Assembly: GCA_964016885.1 (NCBI GenBank)
Contig: CAXHJY010000268.1
Coordinates: forward strand, 16,762 to 80,761
Source: Eledone cirrhosa
Lineage: Eukaryota
Direction: 5' to 3'
Length of the DNA: 64,000 nucleotides
Shown in pieces: positions 39,065 to 52,275 of this stretch. Under the pieces are notes generated by a model. The model was not told where the DNA came from. It saw only the letters and a list, made by a program, of their open reading frames with translations, and did not search any database. Numbering within the stretch: position 1 is the stretch's first letter; each line of letters begins with the position of its first letter. Both the position numbers and the translations under genes were made by a program.

Positions 39065-39511
39065 CCCTTTAGCATTTAAACCAGCTGTATTCAGCCAGAA
39101 TTCTCTAACCTCTTTCTGTTTAACCCTTTAGCATTCACATTACTCTATATATACTATTGTATTTTGGTAGTAAACACTTTATCTTACATAATTATCTCAC
39201 ATAATATCGAATCTATGAGATTTTGATGTTATTTATCTTGAGAATAATACCTTAACATCAGTATGAGTGGCCAGTTACAGCTGATTTGAATAGAAAGAGG
39301 TGAGACATTTCTGGCCGGATATGGCCGGTTTGAATGCTAAAGGGTTAAACCAGCCATAATCTGCCACTTATACTGATGTTAAGGTATTGTTCTCAAAATG
39401 AATAACATCAAAACCTCATAGCTTTTATATTATGTGGGATAATGATGTGAGATAAAGTATTTACCGTGAAATTTACAATAGTAAATACAGAGTAATGTAA
39501 ATGCTAAAGGG
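39065..39511 (+). mobile_element. piggyBac-type MITE family 1 (outer copy)
   Basis: TTAA TSDs at 39061 and 39512; TIR CCCTTTAGCATTTA/TAAATGCTAAAGGG. Confidence 0.9.
39124..39344 (-). mobile_element. piggyBac-type MITE family 1 (inner, inverted copy)
   Basis: TTAA TSDs at 39120 and 39345; TIR CCCTTTAGCATTCA/TGAATGCTAAAGGG. Confidence 0.9.
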
Positions 39512-40174
39512 TTAAGTGGAATCCAGGATGATGTGCAGGAGAGAAGACTGTGTTGGTATGGACACGTGATGTGCATGGATGATGATCACTGGGTGAAGAA
39601 GAGCCAAGAAATCCCAGTAGAAGGAAGCTGCAGTAGTGACAGACCAAAGAAGACTTGAGTGGAGGTGGTGATAGCTGATTTCAAATCACTGAAACTCACA
39701 GAGATGACAAAGGAATGCAACAAATAGAGAGATGCTGTGCTGAGAAGGATCCGACTAATCCATACAATTGTAGAAATTGAATGTAAAAACAATGATGATG
39801 ATGATGATGATGATGAATAGTAGCAATGATGACAATGGCAGCATTTATAATGAATAAAAGTCTTGAGAGGCTCTGCTGATGAAATCTAAAATGCTCGTAG
39901 CTTAAACAGTTCGATAAATGTATTATCAATTTAGCAATTCCATCTCATCTTTAATGGAATAAAGAGGAGAATAAACAATCTAATAACATAATAATATTGA
40001 CAGCTGAATTATTCTTTATGTCCGGCTAGAGTAAAAGATATAAAGTTAATAAACTGTAGACAACCAACTATACTGACAGATTTCAAGACAAACTTCATCA
40101 TATCCATGTTTCCAAATATATTGTGTATATAGCTACTGTATGAGGCTATATAATGAAATTATAGATGTATAACC

Positions 40175-40475
40175 ATAAATCTGCTGGATCAGAACTGATA
40201 GTTAAAGCTTGACCCGAGGCTACAGAAAACAACTAACGATGTATCACCAAAGGCCTGCTGGATCAGGGCTGACCTTGGCCTACACAACAACTAAAGGTTA
40301 CCAAAGAACTGATAGTTCAAGGCTGACCTTGGCCTACACAACAACTAAAGGTTACCAAAGAACTGATAGTTCAAGGCTGACCTGGGGCTACACAACAACA
40401 ACTAAGGTGTACCCCATAAATCTGGTGGGTCAGAGCTGACCTGGGACTACACAACAACAACTATAGGTGTACCAT
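40175..40475. repeat. Degenerate ~54-60-bp minisatellite (gctgaccttggcctacacaacaactaaagg...)
   Basis: About five copies, with another remnant near 40715-40760. Confidence 0.8.
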
Positions 40476-40478
40476 ATG

Positions 40479-40560
40479 CAGGGCCGGATTTAATGGGAGT
40501 GGGGCAAGGGGAGCAATTGTCCTGGCCCCCTGCAGTGCCGGTTGTAGCAATTAGCAATTT
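40479..40560 (+). mobile_element. Possible hAT-type DNA transposon terminus remnant
   Basis: CAGGGCCGGATTTA start resembles hAT TIRs; a second CAGTGCCGG at 40533; no matching opposite end found. Confidence 0.35.
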
Positions 40561-41366
40561 ATTTGTGCCCTAAGCTGGGTTTTTAGTTTTAGGATAGTTA
40601 GAATATTTGAATTTAATACCTTTATATATAACTTATCAATTCCAATTACTTGCACCAAGCTGACTTTGATATGTAAAATTGTGAGTTTGTAGTGTAGTCT
40701 AAATTCAACCTTGACCATAGGTCAGCTGGATCAAGATTGATGAGAGGCTACAACAACATATGACCATGAGAGACCACAATTAAACAACATGACCATGACA
40801 AAACAAGACACCAACAACACACCACTACCTCCAACTACACCACCACCACCTATACCACCACCAACTACACCACTACCACCACCACCTCCAACTACACCAC
40901 CACCACCAACTACACCACCACCACCACCCTATGACCATGATATACCACAACACAAAAATCCCACAACAATATAACAACAAAAACAATAAAAGTTAGGGAA
41001 AGAAGGGAAAAGGAAAAGAAAGGAATCTGAATAATAACTATATACACAGACACACATACATACAGCCACACACACACAGAGGCACGCACGCACACACACG
41101 CACACGCACACACACACACACACACACACACTATATATCTAGGACAGTAAACAATATAAGATGACTAATAATATATTTAAGTCCTTAACATACACTTTAT
41201 AATAAACCATACAGCTGTAATGCTGGGTTGGTAGGGTAGCTTACACACACACATATAGGTAAAACATACACAGACATATATATATAGACACAGACACATA
41301 TATAGGTAAAACACACACACACACACACACACATATATACACAGACACACAGACATATATACAGAG

Positions 41367-41405
<39 letters not shown>

Positions 41406-41407
41406 AT

Positions 41408-41800
41408 GGAGGCACGTGGCTTAGTGGTTAGAGCATTGGCCTTACAATCGAAAGGTGGTGAGTTCAATTCTCAGACCGGGTGATGTGTTGTGTCCTTGAG
41501 CAAGACACTTTATTTCACATTGCTCCAGTTTACTCAGCTGTAGAAATGAGATGATAGGTCTAGGGTCCCTATCATTCCACTGCAAAGTGGTCGTGGAGGT
41601 GCCACGGTTAAAAAGCACCCAGCCCACACTGTAAAGTGGAGGTGTAGGCGCCACGGCAAAAAAAAGGTCCCAGCACTCACCGTAAATAAGGTTGGTGTTA
41701 GGAAGGGCATCCAGCTGTAGAAATCAAGCCAGAATCAGTTCCCGTCCCACCCTTGCAAGCAGGGAAAAAGCGGACATAAAATGAAATGATGAATGATGAT
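41408..41800 (+). mobile_element. SINE family A with an extra internal repeat unit
   Basis: The cactgtaaagtgg..gtg..ggtgccacgg..aaaa..cccagc unit is present twice. Confidence 0.9.
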
Positions 41801-42039
41801 ATATATACAGATATAGACACACAGTACTTTTTAACTATGCTTACACATTCGTTACATTGTAAAATACTTCAGTTTTTTTCCTGTCAAACAACATTATCAT
41901 TGTCTAACATCCTGTTAACCCTCCTAACAAGGATTGGACATGTCGTCATGGACCAGTTAGTACTCAAATTGAACATTTGACCTCAGGTGTGTCAGGGAAC
42001 TGGACATACAAACCTATGCTCTTATAACTGTATTTTCTC

Positions 42040-42230
42040 ATAATTGTTTCTACTTTTGGCACAAGGCCAGCAATTACCCAGTGCATTACTGGTACTTTAT
42101 TTTATCGACTCCGCAAATGATGAAAGGCAAAGTTAACCTACGTGGGATTTGAACGCAGAATGGCAAGGGCCGTAACTATGCGTCAAAGCATGGCATCAGA
42201 CCCTTTACTGATACTGCCAATCCACCACCC
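42040..42230 (-). mobile_element. SINE family B, full length with TSD
   Basis: Flanked by ctgtattttctc at 42028 and 42231. Confidence 0.9.
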
Positions 42231-42242
42231 CTGTATTTTCTC

Positions 42243-42423
42243 ATAATTGTTTCTACTTTTGGCACAAGGCCAGCAATTACCCAGTGCATTACTGGTACTT
42301 TATTTTATTGACCCCGTAAGGATGAAAGGCAAAGTTAACCTCAGCCGGATTTGAACTCAGAGCATAAAGGGCCGTAACTCTTTGCTGCAAAGCATGGCGT
42401 CCGACCCTCTACAGATACTGCCA
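42243..42423 (-). mobile_element. SINE family B
   Basis: Tandem, diverged neighbour of the previous copy. Confidence 0.9.
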
Positions 42424-43429
42424 CTCATAATACCATCACAACAGAGGTTGTCATGTCTATAACATAACTGAAGGGTCCTCCAAATCTTTGTTTGGCTGGT
42501 TTTCTATAGTTGGATGTCCTTCCTATCACCCACCACTTTACAGGGTGTACTGGGAGTATTTATCATGTAAAACACTAGGGTGGTTGCTAAAGGTACTGAA
42601 ACCATGTGTTATTAAGTAAACACCTTAACCACACAGTCATTCCAGGCCATGGTTATGAGGAGGACTGAACGCGACTGGCATGTGTGTCTGGTGGTGAACA
42701 TGTTCAGCCCCCCTTCTCTATCAAGTGACAATGAATAATTCTACATTTGTGTGTCTCATGTAGGATGACTCATGTACACACATGGCTTGCGTGCTCTGTC
42801 TTTACTATAACTACTCTGTTTTGTACAACATAAACGACTTTATGCAGTTGAACTATTATACAGTTGGGTGTCTTGAACAGAGAGCCTAGGGTTTAACAGA
42901 CCAATTGTCCATGTTATGTTTTGTTCAATTTAAAATGGTCAGATTCCAAATATTTCCAATCAAAGCTAAATATGTGTTTTTTTATAATTCAATAAATTTA
43001 TGTAATGTTGTAGAAGTAAGTATAAAGTATTAACTATTTATTTTACCAGGTCACACACTACAGACTTCTCATGTTATCAAGACTGCTAATAATTACAAGT
43101 TAGACTAGTGGAACTAATAGTTTCCTTTAAAAGTTACTATTGATTAGGGCTTGACATAACAGGTGGTGGTGGTGTGGAGGGGATGGTGGGTGGTGGTGTG
43201 TGGTAATTAATGATATGGTTGTGTATGCGTTTGTGTAGTAAAAAGTGATTAGGAGTGGGTGTACGTATTTGTGTGTGTATGTGTAGTATGTGTATATGTA
43301 TGCATGTATGTGTATGTGTGTTGTATGCACATGTAGTAAATAGAACCAATTGTATGGCTGTGTGTGTATTTAGTCAATAGTCAGTGGTATGGTGTGCGTA
43401 TGTGTGTGTTTATATGTATGCATATGATC

Positions 43430-43765
43430 CTGAGTTGTGTCAAGGAAATCGCAACCTCTCCTGTGTTTAGTGATCTATACGATAAACACACTCAGTACAT
43501 GCTGTAAAGTGGTTGGTGATAAGAAGGGCATCCAGCCATAGAAAGCTTAGCAAACAAGAGTTAAGAGGACTTTTCAGTTGTGTCAAAGACATGACAACCT
43601 CCCCTATACACTCAGTAGAATGAAAGACTGTACATACATGAGATGCAGATCTCTTGGCCTGTCTGGGCAGTCAGTAACCCTGCTCCAGTGCTGACTTGGT
43701 CTATGTAGACCCATCCAACCCTTGCTAGCAGGGAAACAGACGTTAAAACAATGATGATTATGATG
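43430..43765 (+). mobile_element. Old SINE/RTE-tail element body
   Basis: ctgtaaagtggttggtgataagaagggcatccagcc ... cccttgctagcagggaaacagacgttaaaacaatgatgat. Confidence 0.7.
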
Positions 43766-44247
43766 AATGTAACCCAAAACCAGAAACCTGGCCAAAATAC
43801 TTGCATCAATGATCTCTGCTAAAGGCACCAAAGGGCCACGGATTTGAACTCAAAATGTAAAGAACCCCATCTCAGATCAGCTGTATATGTATGTATATAT
43901 ATAGACACACACACACAAAGACATGCAAACACACACTCATACATGTGTGTGTTTGTATGTATATATACATGCACACACTCACACATACAAGCAAATACAA
44001 CATATACACTTACACGTATGTGTGTGTGGATATGCATGCTAATTACAGGGTGAATGGGAACATATAATCTTTTAGCAAACGGTCTTGGGAGAGGGTGGGG
44101 GGGGGGCTATATAACAATAATAGCAATAATAATAATAATAATAATCTTTTAATATCCATCATTATTTCTATTAATCCCCTCCATCAGCTTATAAGAGCTT
44201 CTACTGGACTGGTTGTATGGAAAATTCTAGGAGATGCAGACATGCAT

Positions 44248-44358
<111 letters not shown>

Positions 44359-44907
44359 AATGCTGTCATACACACACTGACAAACACACATGCACACATA
44401 CAAAAGCAAATACACATGCAGGCTTACACGTACACAAAGGCGCACATGCATATATACCGTCATACGCACACATTGAGAAACACATGCATAAGCATGCATA
44501 TATGAAGACATGCACACATAGATGCACAAAAACATGCATATATGCAGACACATGCACAAACATGAACACATACAAACATATGCTGAGACAGGCACATACA
44601 CACTCAAACTAACATGCAAACAGACACACACACAAACACATATATGCTGACACAGACATGCACAAGCACACATATGCAAACAAACATGTATGCAGACACA
44701 CACAGACACGCAGAAACATATGCAAACAGACACACAGACAGACACACAAACACACAGAAATACAAATACATATACAGAAAGCTAGGTCAGATTATGTAAT
44801 AGATTATCTGAAACATGAAGTAAAAGAAGGAGATACGAGGTTGGCTTCCTCTGTTGTTCCACATCACTGGGGTTTGTTGGTTTGTTGTTCATATTTATAT
44901 TAACATA

Positions 44908-45285
44908 AGGGCGGAAAATTAGCAGAGTTAGAACATCAGATGGAATGTTTTGTGGTATTCATTTCATCTCAGTTCAAATCCTGCAGAGGTCAACTTTGCC
45001 TTTCATCCATTCGAGGTTGATAAAAAAGTACCAGTCAAGTACTGGGGTCAATTCGTCCTTTATATTTCTTTCACACTTTCTCTTTATCTCTGCTTCTCTG
45101 TGTTCAAATCCCACTGAGGTCATCTTTGACTTTCATCTATTTGAGGTTGACAAAAAAAGTACCAGTCAAATACTGGGGTCGATTCTTCCTCTATATCTCT
45201 TTCTCACTTCCATTCTCTCACTTTCCTTCTCTGGAAGAAGTCTGCTGTATTCAAACCTGGAGAGGAGATGGGTTCCACCAGGTTT
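44908..45285 (+). mobile_element. SINE family B-related element with duplicated central domain and a distinct tail
   Basis: gttcaaatcc..gaggtca.ctttg.ctttcatc.att.gaggttga.aaaaaagtaccagtcaa occurs twice. The tail matches 20760-20865. Confidence 0.75.
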
Positions 45286-45289
45286 TTAA

Positions 45290-45400
45290 ATAATTGTTTC
45301 TACTTTTGGCACAAGGCCAGCAATAACCCCAGTGCATTACTGGTACTTTATTTTATCGATCCCGTAAGGATGAAAGGCAATGTTAACCGCGGCGGGATTA
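45290..45400 (-). mobile_element. SINE family B, 5'-truncated
   Basis: Similar to the other copies. Confidence 0.85.
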
Positions 45401-45787
45401 GAAATGTTGTATGGCGCCCCAACAACTCTCTCTGAAGCCACAGGTTCATGCATGCATATTAATATATATATATCATCATCAGACAAACATACCAACACAT
45501 ATACACAGACAGACATACATACATACAGACATACCGACTAGACACACCAACACAGACATACCAACACATACACACAGACAGACACACACCTTACCAAGCT
45601 TACCTGTGTGATACGAGTTTATATTAGGTAAATATAATAGATCTGTGATTTGACCTGCTTCTAGGGAAGAGTTTTAAACAAGATATATAATAGTGGCTGT
45701 GAATGAGTGCATGGATGTGTGTGTGTGGAGTGTGTGTATGGTGTGTGTGTAGAGTGTGTGCGTGTGTGCGTGTGTGCGTGTGTGCGC

Positions 45788-45867
<80 letters not shown>

Positions 45868-45884
45868 AGTGTGTGGAGTGTCTG

Positions 45885-45918
<34 letters not shown>

Positions 45919-46029
45919 GTGTGGAGTGTCTGGAGTGTGTGTGTGTATTTATTAAGGTATACATGTCAGTACATATTAGCATATGTGTCGGACTATTTTT
46001 ATGTGTGAAGATGTGTTTATCGTTTTATA

Positions 46030-46160
46030 ATACTGAGGGCAGAAAACCTTCGCCTGATCCATGTCTAGGATGGAAGACACTTTCCCAGGGTGTTATAATG
46101 GTGGGATTGAACCCAACACTTCCTGGTTATGAAGCAAACTTTTTAACCACTCAGCAATGT
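46030..46160 (-). mobile_element. Old tRNA-derived SINE head (family E)
   Basis: gaagacactttcccagggtg (CORE-like, reverse complement), gggattgaaccc (B box), ttaaccactcagc (A box). Confidence 0.65.
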
Positions 46161-46398
46161 AATATAATTATATCTTATTAATACAGTTTATAGGATAAGC
46201 TATTATAGCACGAAACAGAAAATTTCTCCCCGCCCCAGAGGTTGTATCACATAAGTGTTTTCTTGTGTTTTAAAGATAGGAGCCCCAGTCAGTCTTATCG
46301 TGTTATAGCCCACACCTGCATAATTTTACAGGCCTCCCATAAGGTTATATTTAATAGGGGGCTTAACCACACACCACCTATACTACATAAAGTGAACT

Positions 46399-46903
46399 CC
46401 TTAACCACACAGCCATACCTTCACCTATACTATACTAACTAACACCTTAACCACACAGCCATACCTTCACCTATACTATATAAACTAACACCTTAACCAC
46501 ACAGCCATACCTTCACCTATACTATATAAACTAACACCTTAACCACACAGCCATACCTTCACCTATACTATATAAACTAACACCTTAACCACACAGCCAT
46601 ACCTTCACCTATACTATATAAACTAACACCTTAACCACACAGCCATACCTTCACCTATACTATATAAACTAACACCTTAACCACACAGCCATACCTTCAC
46701 CTATACTATATAAACTAACACCTTAACCACACAGCCATACCTTCACCTATACTATATAAACTAACACCTTAACCACACAGCCATACCTTCACCTATACTA
46801 TATAAACTAACACCTTAACCACACAGCCATACCTTCACCTATACTATATAAACTAACACCTTAACCACACAGCCATACCTTCACCTATACTAACATCTTA
46901 ACC
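46399..46903. repeat. 46-bp minisatellite, ~11 near-perfect copies
   Basis: Unit ccttaaccacacagccataccttcacctatactatataaactaaca. Confidence 0.97.
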
Positions 46904-47200
46904 ATATGGCCCTTCCTTCACAAATGTGTGGAAATGTGACAATACAAACGTTATGTGTTTTCAAAAGATAAGTTATCATATTTCCCTGAACAATGTCACA
47001 TCATAAACTGGCAGCTACTTAAAAACCATAACCTGATCCTTACTTATACCATTCTGGCCTCCACACAGGTGAAATGGTGGGATGGACAAACGAATGGGTT
47101 TGGAACAAGTGGAAGAAAAAAAACTGGTGCAACATAGAAATCCCTGTTAAAGATAGCATAAGATCACAAGCTGAAGTATTTTGGATATGGAGTGAGACAA

Positions 47201-49620
47201 CCCAAGGATTTGTGACTGATGAGCATTGTAATACATGGATGTGCACCATGTAGCAAGGGAAGAGGGACCCCAAGGATTTGAGACTGGTGAGCATTGTAAT
47301 ACATGGATGTGCACCATGTAGCAAAGGAAGAGAGACCCCAAGGATTTGTGACTGATGAGCATTGTAATACATGGATGTGTACCATGTAGCAAGGGAAGAG
47401 GGACCCCAAGGATTTGAGACTGGTGAGCATTGTAATACATGGATGTGCACCATGTAGCAAAGGAAGAGGGACCCCAAGGATTTGTGACTGATGAGCATTG
47501 TAATACATGGATGTGTACCATGTAGCAAGGGAAGAGGGACCCCAAGGATTTGAGACTGGTGAGGATTGTAATACATGGATGTGTACCATGTAGCAAGGGA
47601 AGAGGGACCCCAAGGATTTGAGACTGGTGAGGATTGTAATACATGGATGTGTACCATGTAGCAAGGGAAGAGGGACCCCAAGGATTTGAGACTGGTGAGC
47701 ATTGTAATACATGAATGTGTACCATGTAGCAAGGGAAGAGGGAAGAGGGACCCAAGGATTTGAGACTGGTGAGCATTGTAATACATGGCTGTGTACCATG
47801 TAGCATGGGAAGAGGGACCCCAAGGATTTGTGACTGGTGAGCATTGTAATACATGGATGTGTACCATGTAGCAAGGGAAGAGGGACCCCAAGGATTTGTG
47901 ACTGGTGAGCATTGTAATACATGGATGTGTACCATGTAGCAAGGGAAGAGGGACCCCAAGGATTTGTGACTGGTGAGCATTGTAATACATGGATGTGTAC
48001 CATGTAGCAAGGGAAGAGGGACCAAGGATTTGTGACTGGTGAGCATTGTAATACATGGATGTTTACCATGTAGCAAGGGAAGAGGGACACAAGGATTTGA
48101 GACTGGTGAGCATTGTAATACATGGATGTGCACCATGTAGCAAGGGAAGAGGGAAGAGGGACCCAAGGATTTGAGACTGGTGAGCATTGTAATACATGGA
48201 TGTGTACCATGTAGCAAAGGAAGAGGGACCCCAAGGATTTGTGACTGATGAGCATTGTAATACATGGATGTGCACCATGTAGCAAAGGAAGAGGGACCCC
48301 AAGGATTTGTGACTGATGAGCATTGTAATACATGGATGTGCACCATGTAGCAAAGGAAGAGGGACCCCAAGGATTTGTGACTGGTGAGCATTGTAATACA
48401 TGGATGTGTACCATGTAGCAAGGGAAGAGGGACCCCAAGGATTTGTGACTGGTGAGCATTGTAATACATGGATGTGTACCATGTAGCAAGGGAAGAGGGA
48501 CCCCAAGGATTTGTGACTGGTGAGGATTGTAATACATGGATGTGTACCATGTAGCAAGGGAAGAGGGACCCCAAGGATTTGTGACTGGTGAGGATTGTAA
48601 TACATGGATGTGTACCATGTAGCAAGGGAAGAGGGACCCCAAGGATTTGTGACTGGTGAGCATTGTAATACATGGATGTGTACCATGTAGCAAGGGAAGA
48701 GGGACCCCAAGGATTTGTGACTGGTGAGGATTGTAATACATGGATGTGTACCATGTAGCAAGGGAAGAGGGACCCCAAGGATTTGTGACTGATGAGCATT
48801 GTAATACATGGATGTGTACCATGTAGCAAGGGAAGAGGGACCCCAAGGATTTGTGACTGGTGAGCATTGTAATACATGGATGTGTACCATGTAGCAAGGG
48901 AAGAGGGACCAAGGATTTGTGACTGGTGAGCATTGTAATACATGGATGTTTACCATGTAGCAAGGGAAGAGGGAAGAGGGACCCAAGGATTTGAGACTGG
49001 TGAGCATTGTAATACATGGATGTGCACCATGTAGCGAGGGAAGAGGGACCCAAGGATTTGAGACTGGTGAGCATTGTAATACATGGATGTGTACCATGTA
49101 GCAAAGGAAGAGGGACCCCAAGGATTTGTGACTGATGAGCATTGTAATACATGGATGTGCACCATGTAGCAAAGGAAGAGGGACCCCAAGGATTTGTGAC
49201 TGATGAGCATTGTAATACATGGATGTGCACCATGTAGCAAAGGAAGAGGGACCCCAAGGATTTGTGACTGATGAGCATTGTAATACATGGATGTGCACCA
49301 TATAGCAAAGGAAGAGGGACCCCAAGGATTTGTGACTGATGAGCATTGTAATACATGGATGTGTACCATGTAGCAAAGGAAGAGGGACCCCAAGGATTTG
49401 TGACTGATGAGCATTGTAATACATGGATGTGCACCATGTAGCAAAGGAAGAGGGACCCCAAGGATTTGTGACTGGTGAGCATTGTAATACATGGATGTGT
49501 ACCATGTAGCAAGGGAAGAGGGACCCCAAGGATTTGTGACTGGTGAGGATTGTAATACATGGATGTGCACCATGTAGCAAAGGAAGAGGGAAGAGGGACC
49601 CAAGGATTTGTGACTGGTGA
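47201..49620. repeat. 68-bp tandem satellite, ~35 copies
   Basis: Unit ccccaaggatttgtgactggtgagcattgtaatacatggatgtgtaccatgtagcaagggaagaggga, with few variant positions. Confidence 0.98.
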
Positions 49621-49621
49621 A

Positions 49622-49842
49622 CTCTTTAGCTTTTAAACTGGCTGTATCCAACCAGAATTCTCTCACCTCTTTCAGTTCAAACAGGCCATAACTAGCCACT
49701 CATACTGTTGTTAAGGTATTGTTCTCAAAATAAATAATATCAAAATCTCGTAGATTCGATATTATGCGAGATGATTATGTAGGATAAAACCTTTACTGCA
49801 AAAATACAATAGTATAATTAGAATAATGTAAATGGTAAAAGG
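49622..49842 (+). mobile_element. piggyBac-type MITE family 1, diverged
   Basis: Colinear with the 39065 outer copy; right TTAA at 49843. Confidence 0.85.
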
Positions 49843-50506
49843 TTAATACAAGGACATGTGCCAGACAGCAGGGAGAGGAAGATGGCTGCCAAGAAGGTAC
49901 CAGATGAGTGACATCTGCACATGGACTGACAAAAGTCCCAGGGAGGAGATCAGAATGGCGGAGGAGAGGACTGGTTAGAGGAAATTGCAGAAAGCATCCA
50001 TGGACACTTGGGGTCTATGATGATGATGATGATGTATTGGTCAAAATCTTAAACTTTAAGTCCTCCTTTATACATGTTAAGAAGAGAGACAGAAATATGA
50101 CAGAATCAGTTTAAATTGTAACTAGAGATGTAATAACAGCTGGTGGTTACTAGGATGATGATGATGATAGTAGCTGTTGGCTTGACCTGGTCAACTCACC
50201 TTCAACAGAGCCTCCAAACAACAAAACTAATTAATTAATTAATCAACATTTCTTTTACTTAATCTGAACTTTTATTTATTTATTCATTTATATTATTTTA
50301 GCTAGTATGGAAGTTGGCCGTTAAACGATGATGATGATGATTATTTTATTTTATTTTATTTTATTTTATTATTTCTTTACCATAGGCTTCTGATTATGAA
50401 GTACACCCCCCCCCCCACCCCAAAATAAAAACTATATTGTTACAAAGCAAAACTCTTAACCAGTTAACCAGTTATCCTACACATAAGAACTTTAAAGACA
50501 TTTTAA

Positions 50507-50716
50507 TAATAACGATTTCTGATTTAGACACAAGGCCAACAATTTTTGGGGAGGGGCAAAAGTTGATTAAATCGACCCCAGTTCGTTACTGGCACTTTAT
50601 TTTATCGACCCCCTAAGGATGAAAGGCAAAGTTAACCTCGGTAGGAATTGAAATCAGAATTTAACTATATGCCACAAAACATGTCCATTGCTCTGATTAC
50701 TGCCAATCTACATCCT
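50507..50716 (-). mobile_element. SINE family B variant
   Basis: Central domain and tail similarity. Confidence 0.8.
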
Positions 50717-50720
50717 TTAA

Positions 50721-50925
50721 CCCTTCAGCATTTAAACCAGCCATATCTGGCCAGAATTCTCTCACCTTCTCCTGTTCAAACAAGCTATAACCAGCCACTC
50801 ATACTGATGTTAAGGTATTGTTCTCAAAATAAATATCAAAATCTCATAGATTCAATATTATGTGAGGTAAAGCCTTTACTGTGAAAATACAATAGTATAT
50901 ATAGAGTAATGTAAATACTAAAGAG
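50721..50925 (+). mobile_element. piggyBac-type MITE family 1
   Basis: TTAA-CCCTTCAGCATTTAAACC start; colinear with the other copies. Confidence 0.85.
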
Positions 50926-50939
50926 ATAAAGGATATAGT

Positions 50940-51118
50940 AATAATTGCTTCTACTTTTGACACAAGGCCAGCAATTATCCCAGTGCATTACTGGTACTTT
51001 ATTTTATCGATCCCGTAAGGATGAAAGACAAAGTTAACCTTGGTGGGATTTGAACTCAGACCGTAAGGTGGCATAACTATGCTGCAAAGCATGGTGTCCA
51101 ACCCTCTACCAATACTGC
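50940..51118 (-). mobile_element. SINE family B
   Basis: Similar to the other copies. Confidence 0.88.
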
Positions 51119-52036
51119 TGTAACTATATTCGGCTCTACAACGATGTTTTAGTATGATCTAACAAGTTCTGCCGCTCTCAGTAAGACAGTGAGGTCTGGC
51201 AGCTTGACATTTGGTCAGGTTTAAAAAAAAAGAAAACAAAACACTTTAGGGTAATTCCAAGGAAAAAAAAATCCATACAACCCTCACTCTGATAACACTC
51301 ACATCACAAGCATTGAAAAGTGCCTGAACTAGGACCCCCCTTCCCCACATACACTTAGAAAAGTCAAAGTAGGCCCCATTCAACCTCATCCATCTTGCCA
51401 CTATCACCCCCACCCCAACTTCTATGAAACACCTCTAGAAAGCAACACCCCCATCCTGCCACTCTCAACCACCACCCCAACAACTCACCTTCTATGAAAC
51501 ACCCCTAATAAGAACAACATTTATTTTTATGTTTTAAGTTTCATAGATTTCCTTCACTCGGAGTCTCCATTAACAAGATGGATATGATATGCTTGTGTGA
51601 TTTTATAAATAAATACGAGAAGATAGGTTAGCTTTCTCAATTGCAAACTTTCATTTCATGGACGAAATGAGAAGAAATAGAATGAAGTGTTGTTGTATGT
51701 AATGCGAGATGGAATGAAAAAAATAGAAGTGAGATGAAAATACCAGCTAAATCAGCAGTCACTTCTCATGTGACACCCAACAAACATTCCACCTAGTTTG
51801 GCTCTTTATCTCTTTATCTCATCTGATCTGATTCTTGGTGACACACGACATAACTAACTCAACAATTCTAATGACTAATTAATATATATATAGTAATAAT
51901 AATAAATGTGAAGACTAAAATCCGAATAGGGCTCGATAAGGATAATATATATATAAAATATATAAAACCGTAGAGTCAATATTTATTTAAGGGTGAAAGC
52001 AGCGATTCTTTGCTTAAACTTTAATCTGTTATTCTA

Positions 52037-52275
52037 TCATCATCATCAACGTTTAACGTCCATCTTCCATGCTAGCATGGGTTTAGATGGGAATTGTCCC
52101 ACTTGGAGCAAGATTGGTTGTCTTGCTCGTGTAGGACTGTCTGGCAGGTTTTCTACAGCTGGATGCCCTTCCTAACACCAAACACGTTTACAGTGTGGAC
52201 CGGGAGGTTTTTACCGTGTTACCTACACGGCCACATTACAATGGTGACTGTTTTTTTTGTCGTGACACCTACACG
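52037..52275 (-). mobile_element. SINE subfamily D 3' half
   Basis: Reverse-complement homolog of 32525-32763. Confidence 0.8.

Larger units (their letters stand above)
38899..39775 (+). mobile_element. Degenerate RTE LINE 3' ORF fragment interrupted by nested MITEs
   Basis: SVMLHGSETWVETVEVMHRLER..WMCNVNVRERQSLNKLREKLG|LSGIQDDVQERRLCWYGHVMCMDDDHWVKKSQEIPVEGSCSSDRPKKT*. Confidence 0.85.
47090..50035 (+). mobile_element. Degenerate RTE-type LINE 3' end hosting the 68-bp satellite and a MITE
   Basis: Upstream ..TNEWVLEQV..HKLKYFGYGVRQ; downstream LIQGHVPDSRER..MSDICTWTDKSPREEIRMAEERTG*RKL; (GAT)n tail. Confidence 0.7.

Noticed and set aside
47040-49699. Overlapping 250-800 aa minus-strand ORFs; possible CRISPR-like array
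   Set aside because: The 68-bp unit has no minus-strand stops and cycles through frames. There are no unique spacers and no cas genes, and the context is eukaryotic.
51893-52030. Further PLE-like end
   Set aside because: It abuts a TA run, but has no hammerhead core and only a weak motif match.
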